Source: Fibrobacterales bacterium (GTDB taxonomy: Bacteria > Fibrobacterota > Fibrobacteria > Fibrobacterales > JAOPTW01). Taken from it: 59,088 nt of DNA. Shown here in pieces: positions 10,516 through 21,306 of the stretch. Made by a program: the position numbers and the translations under genes. The DNA lies in assembly GCA_051532035.1 (NCBI GenBank), contig JAOPTW010000020.1, positions 1 through 59,088 of the forward strand, in the 5' to 3' direction. Under the pieces are notes generated by a model that searched no databases, was not told the origin of the DNA, and saw only the letters and a list, made by a program, of their open reading frames with translations. Each line of letters opens with the position of its first letter. Within the stretch, counting starts at the first letter, position 1.

Positions 10516-10776
10516 ATGAACGTATTTAAAGTAAACAAAGTACCAATGGAACTCTGGAAATTGGTTAAGCTTAATAAATGGGCAGAAAGTGGTCCTGCCG
10601 CTCAAGAGCTTGTAACAACGGGTGCAGTGACGCTCAATGGTGAAAAAGAGACTCAAAAGCGCAAGAAAATTATTGTAGGTCATGTACTTAAATACAAAGA
10701 GTCAGAGATCAAAATTGAGCTATTCTCTCCAGAAGAGCGCATCTCCAAAAGTAAGGCTCGCCCCAAAAAGCACTAA
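10516..10776 (+). CDS. S4-domain RNA-binding protein (YbcJ/YaaA-like)
   Basis: Motif LVKLNKWAESG...GAVTLNGEKETQKRKKI. The ATG at 10516 follows a GAGG RBS. Confidence 0.75.
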   Translation: MNVFKVNKVPMELWKLVKLNKWAESGPAAQELVTTGAVTLNGEKETQKRKKIIVGHVLKYKESEIKIELFSPEERISKSKARPKKH

Positions 10777-10862
10777 TATTAACGAAATCAAGGGCGTGCC
10801 ATGAGTCACGGCCGGTCAATTTTTGCTATATTATCTCACAATACCTGTTTATTTTGGATTAG

Positions 10863-12815
10863 ATGAGCCATTCTCTATTTATTCGTTCGTTCTGTTTTTT
10901 CTGTCTTCTGATAGCGACTCCATTTGCTGGATTGGTTTCTGATGGTGATACCATAAATGGTGTGAAATTTTCAAAGCCATGGTATGCAATAGAGACTCCT
11001 GATAGTAGTAAAACTATTCTTCTCATTGATAAAGATGGTGATCTCTACTTAGGGGCGGATTCTGGAAATATTTTTCTTTACCACTCGCCAAAGCGCGACA
11101 CCCTTCCCAGTTATATTTTGCAAAATGATACGACAGACTACTTTTTAGCAAATCGTGAAAAGAGCATGATTACGGGCGCCATCTATACGGGCAGTAAGAT
11201 ACCACAACCCACTGCAACAGATTTTGTGATAAAAAATGTCAAAGGAACGCATGTTGCGCTTTTTGATGGACTCCATGGAAACCTCTATGTAAAAGGTGAT
11301 GCAGCCCAAGTGGTGAATTATGAAATTACCAGTCGCAATTATGGTGATGTCTTTCCTGATACTGTTATGAGTATGGTTCGCGGAGATACGCACCAGGTAG
11401 CTATAAGTGCAGTTGCCGACAAGCGCTTTATATTTAATGGATGGTATGCAGGGGGGCATAAAGAGCAGATTACTATTCAAGATAGCAGTGAAGAGAAAAC
11501 GACTGTGGCTATTGCAGGAGAAGGGTCGGTTTATGCACGCTTTACTCGAGAACCTCAAAAAGCGTTAAAACTCTCGGCCAGTGATAGTCAATATGTTGAG
11601 CTTCCACCAATAGTGATAGATGCGCCAAAAGGATTTACTCTTTCAGGTTGGTTAAAGGTTGATTCGAATCAGGTCGACAGTGCAACAATTATTCAGCTTT
11701 ATCAAAGTGAAGGAGAGAGCAGTCTTGAGCTGAAGAGTGATTCAGCCGGTTTTATTACACTCCTTCTCAATGATTCAAGCTGTAAAGAGCCTGTGGAGCT
11801 CGTATCCCTCGATAGCATGGTTGTTCCCAATAAGTGGGTGCACTATACTGCTCGATTGGATGGGCGAACTGTTGCGCTCTATCGTAATGGCTTACTTGAT
11901 ACCTCAGTAGTTGCGACCTGTCGATTTGACAATACTCATTTTGATAGAGGCTTTATTGGGGCACAGTCCAGTGATACTGATACGCTGAGTCACTATATTG
12001 ACGGCATAATCGATGAAATAAAAATGTGGGATACACCGTTGTCGGATTCCCTGATTCGTGCTATGCAGTTTGTGAAGCCCGACTCTACTCATACCGGTTT
12101 AATTGCATGGTACTCATTTAACAGAACCCTCGGGACATTGGTGCCTGATAAAAGTGTTCATGCAAATCATGGTAGAATGATACATGGTATAGCAAAGGAA
12201 CATTGGTCACGTTCATATGCAGAACGGGTTTCTCGAGTCACTATTTTTGGCGATGGATCAATTACTCCTGATGGAAAGTTTATCAAATTGGCGTTGACCC
12301 AACGGGTGGTTCTTTCAGCTCAACCAGGCCGGTGGCATAGCTTTAGTCATTGGCACCCAAAGGGCTGGAAGCTTGCTATGGGTGATACGACTCAAAGTAC
12401 TACCTGGCTAGAATTAGAGCGCGGAGGTGGGGTCCAAGTCTATTTTACACCACTCTATAATTGGGAAGTTTCCGATACTATTGTCAGTCATACAGCTTCT
12501 GTCAGTGACTCTCTGATATACAGAACAACCGTTACTCAAGATAGTGCATCAGTGCGTATTACCTTTGATTCAAAAACCCCTGTTGAAAAGGTGTTTTTGA
12601 AACTCGACTCTTTGCGGCCTATGAAAAAAGAGGTTGATGAGTGGGGTGAGTGGTATGGTATTACTCTCGATACTTTGATGAGCGATACCATTTTGCCAAT
12701 CAGCTTTACTGTGCAACGGTCAAACAATGAAGAACATACAATATCTTCAAAAGCACCTATTGATGTGGTCTTTCCGTTAGATAACGACCAATCAATCAAA
12801 AAATCTCAAAAATAA
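10863..12815 (+). CDS. Secreted LamG-domain protein, N-terminally paralogous to 6135-10409
   Basis: It has a signal peptide and the shared INGV...PWY...LIDKDGD.YL domain. LamG motifs are FTLSGW...WVHY...IDGIIDEIKMW. Confidence 0.75.
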   Translation: MSHSLFIRSFCFFCLLIATPFAGLVSDGDTINGVKFSKPWYAIETPDSSKTILLIDKDGDLYLGADSGNIFLYHSPKRDTLPSYILQNDTTDYFLANREKSMITGAIYTGSKIPQPTATDFVIKNVKGTHVALFDGLHGNLYVKGDAAQVVNYEITSRNYGDVFPDTVMSMVRGDTHQVAISAVADKRFIFNGWYAGGHKEQITIQDSSEEKTTVAIAGEGSVYARFTREPQKALKLSASDSQYVELPPIVIDAPKGFTLSGWLKVDSNQVDSATIIQLYQSEGESSLELKSDSAGFITLLLNDSSCKEPVELVSLDSMVVPNKWVHYTARLDGRTVALYRNGLLDTSVVATCRFDNTHFDRGFIGAQSSDTDTLSHYIDGIIDEIKMWDTPLSDSLIRAMQFVKPDSTHTGLIAWYSFNRTLGTLVPDKSVHANHGRMIHGIAKEHWSRSYAERVSRVTIFGDGSITPDGKFIKLALTQRVVLSAQPGRWHSFSHWHPKGWKLAMGDTTQSTTWLELERGGGVQVYFTPLYNWEVSDTIVSHTASVSDSLIYRTTVTQDSASVRITFDSKTPVEKVFLKLDSLRPMKKEVDEWGEWYGITLDTLMSDTILPISFTVQRSNNEEHTISSKAPIDVVFPLDNDQSIKKSQK

Positions 12816-12948
12816 CTCAAAAACCTCCTCTTTTTACGACCGACCAGCCAGTATCTATGGTATAATCAAAAAGGTAATAGGGTCGAATATTTATACCACT
12901 GCACATTAGGTTTTGGGTAATGTGTGGTGCAAGAGAAGGCAACATCGA

Positions 12949-14841
12949 ATGATTTTTGATAACTCATTAATTTGGGTATGTATCATTGCAATAGCAATTG
13001 CATTGGTGACGACGTTGTATTCTATGAAACTTGCTCATCGGTTTGGGGTGATTGATACGCCAGGAGGGCGTAGGATTCATGCCCGCACGGTACCTCGAAT
13101 GGGTGGTGCTGGAATTGTTACTGCTTTTTACCTCACCTTGGTTATTACCGATATACTTTTTGATACTGTTGATTGGCACTCCTATTGGCCAATTCTCCTT
13201 GGGGGGCTTGTCATTTGGGTACTGGGTCTCGTTGATGATATCCGTTCTCTTTCACCCAAAATAAAATTACTGGTGCAAGCTCTTGTGGCAGGGTTTGTCA
13301 TATCTCAAGGGACTGTCATAGAGTGGGTCAATATACCTTTCTTTAACGTAACTCTTCACTTAGGATACTTGGGATACGCAATCACCTTTATCTGGATTAT
13401 TGGTGTCTGTAATGCCATTAATCTCATTGATGGGCTCGATGGACTCGTGGCCGGACTCTCAATCATTATTTTGGCTACTATTTCATTTTTTGTCTTAATG
13501 TATCCGAGGGGCGATCTACTGCCCCTGACTGTAGCACTCTCTGGGGCACTGATTGGATTTTTAAAATATAACTTTCATCCTGCAAAGACCTTTATGGGAG
13601 ATAGTGGGAGTCTCTTTCTGGGATATATGATTGCAGTAGCAACGATACAGGGGACTATGCTCGACAGTGCCGCGGTAACCCTGCTCATTCCCATTACCAT
13701 TTTAGGAATCCCTCTTCTCGATACGACTCTTGCTATTGTACGAAGAAAAGCAGTGAATAAAAAAGTGATGGAGGCTGATGCAGAACATTTACACCATGTA
13801 TTACTCAGACAAGGACTTTCACATCGACAGACAGTACTCGTGCTCTATGGAATGAGTTTTATTTTTAGTGTGGTGTCAGTACTTCTGGTAACGGCAAACA
13901 AAAAAGGTACTGCGGCCATATTACTTCTTCTTATGATGATGATCTACTTACTTATCAGTAAGCTTGGATATATTCGTAAAATAGTCTCAACCCGTCACTA
14001 CCAAGCAAAGAGAGCGCGGCGTTCAACCTACCGTCACGACGCCGGCGAAGAGATACGAACTAGTAGTTATAAAAGAAAAGTTATTCGCTTTGTAAAAGGC
14101 ACTCCAATGCTTATACTGCTTGATTTTACTTTTCTATTGGCGGCATACATATTTGCCCGGTGGATACAGGCAGAGGGTAATCTTTTATTTAAGAGTGATA
14201 TAGATAGTGTTATTCATTTTGGGTTTATTGCAACAGTCTATTTTGTTTTTATGTATGCGCGCAAGTCCTATAATATTATTTGGCGCTATGTTAAATTGTC
14301 AGACCTCAATAGACTTGTGAGAACATTATTATTGGTAATGGGAGTTGTCTATTTTCTTGATGGTTTTATTGTCCCCAAATTTGAACTTGGTGAACAATTC
14401 TATATGCTCTTTTTACTTCTTATCATCCCCTCTATCTCTTCAACAAGGCTCATGCATCGCTACTACTATAGCTTTGTAAAGCGGGTGGTATCGGGTCGGA
14501 AAAAGGGTGAAAATATTTTTATATTCGGTGCAGGGGATACGGGGGATTTACTTCAGCATTTTATAACCCATTCAGAAGGAATCCCTTTTAAAATTGCGGG
14601 TTTCATTGATGATAACAGCGGTAAGCTAGATAAATGTATTGATCGGTATCCAGTACTCGGATCTGTAGAAGACCTACCCCATTTAATGAGTACTCACAAG
14701 GTGAAGCGTCTCTTTTTATCGACGCCACTCATAAATAAAGAGACAAGGAAATTCCTCCTTGAGTATAATCAAACACTCGGACTTAAAATTCATGTATTTA
14801 GAATGAAATTGATGACTGCAGATCTAGAAGGGTTGGATTAA
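12949..14841 (+). CDS. wecA: WecA/MraY-family undecaprenyl-phosphate GlcNAc-1-P transferase with C-terminal TM and Rossmann-like extension
   Basis: GT4-MraY motifs are [34 protein letters not shown] and HLHH. The extension ...IFGAGDTG...IAGFIDDN resembles the CapD/PglF N-terminus. Confidence 0.85.
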   Translation: MIFDNSLIWVCIIAIAIALVTTLYSMKLAHRFGVIDTPGGRRIHARTVPRMGGAGIVTAFYLTLVITDILFDTVDWHSYWPILLGGLVIWVLGLVDDIRSLSPKIKLLVQALVAGFVISQGTVIEWVNIPFFNVTLHLGYLGYAITFIWIIGVCNAINLIDGLDGLVAGLSIIILATISFFVLMYPRGDLLPLTVALSGALIGFLKYNFHPAKTFMGDSGSLFLGYMIAVATIQGTMLDSAAVTLLIPITILGIPLLDTTLAIVRRKAVNKKVMEADAEHLHHVLLRQGLSHRQTVLVLYGMSFIFSVVSVLLVTANKKGTAAILLLLMMMIYLLISKLGYIRKIVSTRHYQAKRARRSTYRHDAGEEIRTSSYKRKVIRFVKGTPMLILLDFTFLLAAYIFARWIQAEGNLLFKSDIDSVIHFGFIATVYFVFMYARKSYNIIWRYVKLSDLNRLVRTLLLVMGVVYFLDGFIVPKFELGEQFYMLFLLLIIPSISSTRLMHRYYYSFVKRVVSGRKKGENIFIFGAGDTGDLLQHFITHSEGIPFKIAGFIDDNSGKLDKCIDRYPVLGSVEDLPHLMSTHKVKRLFLSTPLINKETRKFLLEYNQTLGLKIHVFRMKLMTADLEGLD

Positions 14842-14842
14842 G

Positions 14843-15994
14843 ATGAGAGACGTGATTCGGAGAGTTAAAAATGTTGGAACACTGATGATGCTGTCTGCTG
14901 TTGCAATGATAAGTACCCAGCACTGTACATTTGCCCCAGGTATGAATATGGGTGAGCCTCTGCTGGTAGTAGGCCATGAGACTGAAAGTGATTTTGAAGG
15001 CACCCCCGTACACCTGAGAGAGATTCATCCTGAAATATTAATGAAATATCCCGAACTTACTCGGCCACTCACTCTTGAGGTACCACGGAATCTTCTTGAG
15101 AGAACTGTTGATAATTATCGTTTAGGACCTTTTGATATCGTAATTGTAACGGTGTGGGAGCACCCAGAACTTTCACAGCCTCTCGGTCAATATCGGGCTG
15201 ATCAGGCGACAGGACAGGTTATTGATAAAGATGGTTTTATGTACTATCCCTATATTGGAACGGTTCAAGCAGCAAACCATACTACAAGCGAACTTCGAGT
15301 GATGATTCAAAAAAGGCTCGCACGATTCCTTAAAGATCCTCAGGTGGATGTCAAAATACTTCGGTATCGGAACAAAACGATTTACGTGGGGGGCGCGGTT
15401 AAAAAACCAGGGATGAAATTTATTTCGGATGTACCCATGACCATTCCTTGGGCTATTGATCAGTCGGGAGGGCTCAATGATAAAGCAGATGGGAGCCTTT
15501 TGTATCTCACTCGAGGTGACTCGGTCTATACCGTTGATTTGGTGAGTATGTATCGAGAAAAAAGTCAGCTCGAAAAAATACTCCTGAGCGATGGCGATAA
15601 AATTCATGTTGCCACCAAAAATGAGACGAAGGTATTTGTACTGGGTGAAGTGGAGTCACCAAAGGCGATTGAAATGCTTAATCGGAGATTGACTCTTGCA
15701 GAGGTTATCGCAGAGGTTGGGGGGCTCGATAAAATGAGTGCTGATGCTGAAGAGATATACGTACTGCGTATGGGAGATGAAAAAATAGATCTCTTTCATC
15801 TCAATGCAGAGAATCCATTAGCCCTTGTAGTAGGTGATCAGTTTAAACTTCATCCTCGAGATATTATCTATGTTGACACCCATGGACTCGCTCGGTGGAA
15901 TCGTGTCATCAATTTACTGCTCCCCACAATGAATCTCATTCGTGGTGGGTTTGATGGACAGTCATCTCCATTTAAACGTAATGGTCAATGGTAA
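14843..15994 (+). CDS. wza: Polysaccharide export outer-membrane protein Wza
   Basis: Motifs YRLGPFDIVIVTVWEHPEL, YPYIG, SLBB repeats and C-terminal RWNRVINLLLP. Confidence 0.9.
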   Translation: MRDVIRRVKNVGTLMMLSAVAMISTQHCTFAPGMNMGEPLLVVGHETESDFEGTPVHLREIHPEILMKYPELTRPLTLEVPRNLLERTVDNYRLGPFDIVIVTVWEHPELSQPLGQYRADQATGQVIDKDGFMYYPYIGTVQAANHTTSELRVMIQKRLARFLKDPQVDVKILRYRNKTIYVGGAVKKPGMKFISDVPMTIPWAIDQSGGLNDKADGSLLYLTRGDSVYTVDLVSMYREKSQLEKILLSDGDKIHVATKNETKVFVLGEVESPKAIEMLNRRLTLAEVIAEVGGLDKMSADAEEIYVLRMGDEKIDLFHLNAENPLALVVGDQFKLHPRDIIYVDTHGLARWNRVINLLLPTMNLIRGGFDGQSSPFKRNGQW

Positions 15995-16000
15995 GCTCCT

Positions 16001-17149
16001 ATGAAAACCTATTTGAACTATAGTTGCTTGAGTGCCTGTATCTGGGCAGTGAGTGGTTCAATTATTCATGCCTCTATCGCAATTAAAGTATTGGGAGTTG
16101 CCCTCTTTGTTGGCTTAACTCTTTTTGAACAGAGGGGTATGGTACGCTTTGCTACTCTCAAACACCCCTACGTAATACTCATCGGGGTATTTAGCTTTAT
16201 CGGTATTATGACAGGACTGTACAATGAGCAATTGACCGGAAAACTTTCAGCGTACGCCTTACTCTTTTTTGTGTTAATAGCGTACAATTCCAAATCAGAA
16301 GAGCAACAACAACATGCAAAACTGGGACTTCTTCTTGGTGGGGGAATCTATTTTTTAGTACTCCTTGCCGAGATAGAATATGGACAACTTCTCAGTGGTA
16401 TCTACCGATTAGGCGGCGAGCAAAATCCCAATGCTGTAGCCTATGTTGGGGGAATGGTTGCCATAGGTGCCTTGGTCTCTTTTAATAGTGGCAAAGTAAA
16501 AACAGTATTTGTATTAGTGGGCCTTCTTATTATAGCGGCAACAAAATCAAAGACAGGGCTTGGGGTCTTTTTTATGGGACTGATAGTCTATCTTGGTCAG
16601 ATACTTCTCTTTAGAAAGCATGTTGTAGTCAATAGACCAGTGCGCATTATGCTAGCCATGATTCCCGTTGTAGCAGTTCTCTTTCTTTCCCAGTACTATG
16701 ATTTAATAGTGAAATCTTATCAGCTTGATAGCCATCGTGGGCTCGAGGGGGGGACAGGTCGTTTTGAAGCATGGGAGATGTTTATTCAAAGTTATGAAGA
16801 GGGCGATGTGTGGCAACTGCTCTTTGGCAAAGGAGTCGGTGCTAACTCTATGCTTGGTGAGGGTCATGGGTACTCCTCAGCACATAATGCATGGCTCGTA
16901 CTCTTGTTTGATCTTGGTTTACTTCCCCTTATTGGACTTACGCTCCTCTTTTCAAATCTTTTTTATCAAGGTCTTGCACATCCCTATTTCCCGGTAATTA
17001 TCGCGATGACTATTGAGAGTATGGCCGAAATTAATTTTATTGGAGTGGGTAATATTGGTTCTATTATCGCTTCATTTTGCATTATGGATATGATGAATGA
17101 ACGGCGTAAAGCAGTGCACAATAAACGACTCGCTGTGGTGAGTTACTAA
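16001..17149 (+). CDS. wzy: Wzy polymerase / O-antigen ligase family
   Basis: Multi-TM protein with NPNAVA, TKSKTG, GRFEAW and SAHNAWLVLL motifs, located in the EPS locus. Confidence 0.75.
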   Translation: MKTYLNYSCLSACIWAVSGSIIHASIAIKVLGVALFVGLTLFEQRGMVRFATLKHPYVILIGVFSFIGIMTGLYNEQLTGKLSAYALLFFVLIAYNSKSEEQQQHAKLGLLLGGGIYFLVLLAEIEYGQLLSGIYRLGGEQNPNAVAYVGGMVAIGALVSFNSGKVKTVFVLVGLLIIAATKSKTGLGVFFMGLIVYLGQILLFRKHVVVNRPVRIMLAMIPVVAVLFLSQYYDLIVKSYQLDSHRGLEGGTGRFEAWEMFIQSYEEGDVWQLLFGKGVGANSMLGEGHGYSSAHNAWLVLLFDLGLLPLIGLTLLFSNLFYQGLAHPYFPVIIAMTIESMAEINFIGVGNIGSIIASFCIMDMMNERRKAVHNKRLAVVSY

Positions 17150-17158
17150 TGGGAGAAC

Positions 17159-18466
17159 ATGGGACGCTTTTCTAAACAGGCTATACCGCCACTTGTTGCA
17201 GACTCCTTTTGGGCGGTGCTCGGTAACGGACTCGGAAAAGGTGCTGTTGTAATAGCATTGATGGTTGCCGCGAAAATACTCGACGCAGAGCTCTTTGGAG
17301 AGCTGGGAGTACTGCGCAATACTGCACTAATGGTCGCAGTACTTGCATCACTCGGTCTTGGATATACGGCGAACTCATTTGTTGCACAATACATTAAACA
17401 ACAAAACAGGGCGGGCGCCTATAGTCTTACTCGTTGGGTGTTGGGTATAGGGGGAGTTCTAGCGCTTTTAGCAGGTGTAGGGGTTTATTGTGCTGCAACT
17501 CCTATCGCAGTACAGTTACTAAATGCCCCTCAGTTAGTCAGCCTATTTGGCTGGGTGGGGCTCTTTATTGCGTTTCTCACAATCGTTACTATACAGACGG
17601 GAATTGTCTCGGGGCTTGGTCTATTTAAACCTTTATCAAAGGTACTCACTATTCAAGGAGTGTTTTCTCTTGGTGCCATTATTGGTGGTACCTATTGGTG
17701 GGGGCTTATAGGGACTTTGTGGGGGCTTATTGCGGCGCAAGCCTTCTTGGCGCTCCTCCAACAGATACTGATTCAACGTGCCTTTGTAGGATGTGTTCCA
17801 CAACTCGAGAAAGGTGTGGTACAAAAATTGAAACACTTTACAGTTCCGGTTGCGCTCCAAGAGTCCCTCTATGCTCTATTAAGTTGGTGCGTCACCTTAC
17901 TTATGGTACACCTCTCTACCTTTGCTGAGGTTGGGCTCTACAACGCAGCCTTTCAGTGGATTGCGCTCATTTTATTTATACCAACTATGCTCCGTAATGT
18001 CTCTCTTTCCCATCTTTCGGCAACTGTAACTGCACGGGATAGAAATCGTATTATTAAACAAGCTCTGATAATAAATGCTGTTGCCATAGGGATGCCAGCA
18101 CTGATCCTCCTTGCGGGGGCGTCATTTATCGAGTCCTTTTATGGGGGGAGTTTTGAAGGATTAGCAACGGTACTTCAAATTCTTCTGCTTATGGTTATTC
18201 CCGCAGGATTTAATAATCTCTTCACTCAGGTCTATATGTCTCTGCACAAAAACTGGATTGCTTTAGGGATAAGAGTTTTGAGAGATAGTGCTATAATAGC
18301 ACTGCTCTATTGTGGTATTGAACTATTCATGGTGCCGGGGAGTCGCGCACTTGCTTGGTCACTCCCTATTGCGTATGTTGGTGGGTTGTCACTGTTTGTG
18401 GGGTGGTATATGGTTTTTCTTAAAAAAAGTGATACGTTATCGACCGTAGAAGGGAGCGTACTATGA
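17159..18466 (+). CDS. wzx: Wzx flippase (MOP superfamily)
   Basis: About 12 TM segments, with AKILDAELFG and EVGLYNAAFQW, located in the EPS locus. Confidence 0.8.
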   Translation: MGRFSKQAIPPLVADSFWAVLGNGLGKGAVVIALMVAAKILDAELFGELGVLRNTALMVAVLASLGLGYTANSFVAQYIKQQNRAGAYSLTRWVLGIGGVLALLAGVGVYCAATPIAVQLLNAPQLVSLFGWVGLFIAFLTIVTIQTGIVSGLGLFKPLSKVLTIQGVFSLGAIIGGTYWWGLIGTLWGLIAAQAFLALLQQILIQRAFVGCVPQLEKGVVQKLKHFTVPVALQESLYALLSWCVTLLMVHLSTFAEVGLYNAAFQWIALILFIPTMLRNVSLSHLSATVTARDRNRIIKQALIINAVAIGMPALILLAGASFIESFYGGSFEGLATVLQILLLMVIPAGFNNLFTQVYMSLHKNWIALGIRVLRDSAIIALLYCGIELFMVPGSRALAWSLPIAYVGGLSLFVGWYMVFLKKSDTLSTVEGSVL

Positions 18467-20652
18467 TTTACATATACCAGCCATGCTTGCCGCGCTATCG
18501 AATTCCTTTTTTTACCGTACTTGCGGAACGTATCCCGCTGACCCTTATTGTGGGAGCAACCGACGAAGCGGGATTAGCATCGGTATCAGCACCTGACCTC
18601 AATGTAATTACGGTACCTTCGCCTAAATTGTATTTCAATCGAGTGAGTTGGTATCGCACGAGTAGTGTGGTCTCTTATAAAAAAGGTGATGTGGTCGTTA
18701 TTAATGGCAACCCTCGTATACTCTCGAATATACCACTTGTTATCAAAGCCCGCATTGCCGGGGCTTCGATAGTATGGTATGGTCAGGGGTGGTCTTCGGG
18801 GACATCCTCTTTTACGTATCTCGTAAGAAAAATTGCTATGCGGCTTGTGGCTGATGCTATTGTACTCTATACTGATGCTGAGGTGGAAGACTTGGTAAAA
18901 AGTATGTTACTGCGAAGTCGTGAAGATCAAATTTTTGCAACCAACAACGGTCTCGACCTGACTCCTATAGAAGAAGCCAAACGGACCATGAATCGCACTC
19001 AAGAGAGTACTATGATTCTGTATTGTGGAAGACTTACGCAAAAGAGTAACATTATGGAGGGGCTTGACGCTTGTGCTCTGTTACATAAAAGAGGAATCTC
19101 CTTTCACTTTACCATCGTTGGTGATGGCCCACTCAAGAGTCTTGGAGAAGAACGTGCCCGAGTACTCGGGATTGATGAATTTTGTAGTTGGGAAGGGGCA
19201 GTGTATGATGAGAGCCTATTGGCTCGCTATTATATGGATGCCCAAATTTTCTTTTACCCGGGTGCTGTAGGGCTCAGCTTAATGCATGCTATGGCCTATG
19301 GAGTTCCAGCAGTTGTGCATAATATACGAAAAAAACATATGCCCGAAATTGCAGCCTTTACTCACGAACAAACAGGACTTGCCTATACTTATGGAGATGC
19401 AGAGAGTGCTGCTAACGCCCTAGAGCATCTTTTACTCAATAGTGAACAGTGTCGGACGATGGGCGATACTGCAACTGAAGTGATTACCAAAGGGTATACT
19501 ACAGATACTATGGCAGAACGGTTTCATAGTGCCATAACCTATTGTCTGATACAAAATCCACCAGCACGGAAGGGACGCTGTAGTCAGACAGGAGAAGGAC
19601 TTTTTGCTATTGGTCCATCACATCAATCCATAACGGGACAGTCAATAGCCTTCCAGATGGTGGTCGATGCTTTCCCTAAAGCGACTTTTAGATATTCAAA
19701 TGTCTTTCGTTCAAACCATTCCATAGTGTGCAATCTTTTAGCGACACTGTGGTACTGTAGTTCTGTTGTGGCGCATCTCTTAATCAAGAGACCTAACGTA
19801 CTCTATATCTCAACAGCGCGCACCCGGTACGGGCTGATAAAAGACCTCTTTCCTCTCATGACTGCGCGGTTCTTAAAAACCCGAGTGGTGAACCATTTGC
19901 ATGGGGCCGACTTTGTCAGTTTTTATGAATCCCTTTTCAAGGTTGAACGAGTACTTCTCCATAAGGCGTATAATGCAATCGATACCTCTATTGTTTTATT
20001 TGATGGACTTAAGGCTCAGTATTCACCTTTTCCCCATATGAACTGTGTGGTTATTCCCAATGCCGTTCCAGACTCAATTTTTTACGAAGAGGGCAGTAGT
20101 GATCAGGGTGAGTCGTTTAACTTTCTCTACCTCTCATCTATTATGCGCGATAAGGGCATATTTATTTTACTCGGGGCAATTGCATCATTAAAGGCAGAAG
20201 GGGTAACGGGGTTTACGGTAACTATTGCGGGTGGTTTTGAAAACGATGCGGTAGAAAAAGAATTTTTTGATAAAATTGGGGGCCTTTCTGAAGTGACCTA
20301 TCTCGGCAGTGTCTCAGGGAGAAAAAAAAGGAATGCGTTAAATGGAGCCGATGTTTTTGTACTCCCAACCTACTACCCTACAGAAGCACAACCTATCTCT
20401 ATTATCGAGGCTATGGCTTGCGGCACAGCAATTTTAACAACAAGACACAACTACTTACCCGAGATGGTTGATGCAAAACGAGGTGTTGTTGTGCAGCCTG
20501 GCTCTGTAAGCGAACTGGCTAAAGCGATGGGGTATCTCATGAGCCACCGAGACTATTGTGAAGAGCTTAAGGTATATAATAGGACTATTGCATCAAATGA
20601 CTATAAAGGGGCGGCTCATATCGCTGCACTTAAAAAGGAGCTTGCGGAATGA
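18463..20652 (+). CDS. Tandem GT4-GT4 glycosyltransferase
   Basis: Two GT-B C-terminal signatures: YCGRL...GLSLMHAMAYGVP and LYLSS...EAQPISIIEAMACG. Confidence 0.85.
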   Translation: MIYIYQPCLPRYRIPFFTVLAERIPLTLIVGATDEAGLASVSAPDLNVITVPSPKLYFNRVSWYRTSSVVSYKKGDVVVINGNPRILSNIPLVIKARIAGASIVWYGQGWSSGTSSFTYLVRKIAMRLVADAIVLYTDAEVEDLVKSMLLRSREDQIFATNNGLDLTPIEEAKRTMNRTQESTMILYCGRLTQKSNIMEGLDACALLHKRGISFHFTIVGDGPLKSLGEERARVLGIDEFCSWEGAVYDESLLARYYMDAQIFFYPGAVGLSLMHAMAYGVPAVVHNIRKKHMPEIAAFTHEQTGLAYTYGDAESAANALEHLLLNSEQCRTMGDTATEVITKGYTTDTMAERFHSAITYCLIQNPPARKGRCSQTGEGLFAIGPSHQSITGQSIAFQMVVDAFPKATFRYSNVFRSNHSIVCNLLATLWYCSSVVAHLLIKRPNVLYISTARTRYGLIKDLFPLMTARFLKTRVVNHLHGADFVSFYESLFKVERVLLHKAYNAIDTSIVLFDGLKAQYSPFPHMNCVVIPNAVPDSIFYEEGSSDQGESFNFLYLSSIMRDKGIFILLGAIASLKAEGVTGFTVTIAGGFENDAVEKEFFDKIGGLSEVTYLGSVSGRKKRNALNGADVFVLPTYYPTEAQPISIIEAMACGTAILTTRHNYLPEMVDAKRGVVVQPGSVSELAKAMGYLMSHRDYCEELKVYNRTIASNDYKGAAHIAALKKELAE

Positions 20653-21305
20653 ATAGAGAACGATCTATGATAGCACTCCTCATTTCCACCTGTCGGCACT
20701 CTCAAACCTCTCTTGTGGTGTTGGGGGCCAGAGCATTATTCTATAAAGTTTTTTATGGTATAACCTTGCTACTTCATCAGAAGGTCTCTGTTCGTGGCGC
20801 TTGTAATATTAGGAGCGAAGGTCGCCTTGAGGTTGGGGTGCGGTATCGAGGTTTTCAACTGAAACAGGATAGAACCCTCCTTAATATTGAGGGTACGCTC
20901 GAAACTAAGAATGATGCGTCTGTTGGAAGAGGATGCCGCATTGATGTAGCCAAAGGGGCCACTATGACTCTTGGTGAGGGGAGTTATATTAATTGCCACT
21001 CCCTTATTACTATTCAACATGGTCTGACTATAGGAGATGCCTGTGCTATAGGGTGGCATTGTACGCTTCTTGATGATGACCTCCATGAACTTTCATACGA
21101 AGGTAAAGTTTCAAAGGATCCTGCTATAACTATCGACAATCATGTGTGGGTTGGGTGTGGCGTTAAAATATATAAAGGAACCGCGCTTGCTGAAGGGACG
21201 GTTGTTGCAGCAGATTCGGTTGTGAGAGGGGTGTTTACCCAGAAGAATACTCTCATCGCGGGGAATCCTGCCCGGGTTATTAAAGAGAATGTGAGTTGGA
21301 GTTAA
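20649..21305 (+). CDS. Hexapeptide-repeat acyltransferase
   Basis: Left-handed beta-helix motifs ITIDNHVWVG and IAGNPARVIK. Confidence 0.85.
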   Translation: MNRERSMIALLISTCRHSQTSLVVLGARALFYKVFYGITLLLHQKVSVRGACNIRSEGRLEVGVRYRGFQLKQDRTLLNIEGTLETKNDASVGRGCRIDVAKGATMTLGEGSYINCHSLITIQHGLTIGDACAIGWHCTLLDDDLHELSYEGKVSKDPAITIDNHVWVGCGVKIYKGTALAEGTVVAADSVVRGVFTQKNTLIAGNPARVIKENVSWS

Positions 21306-21306
21306 T

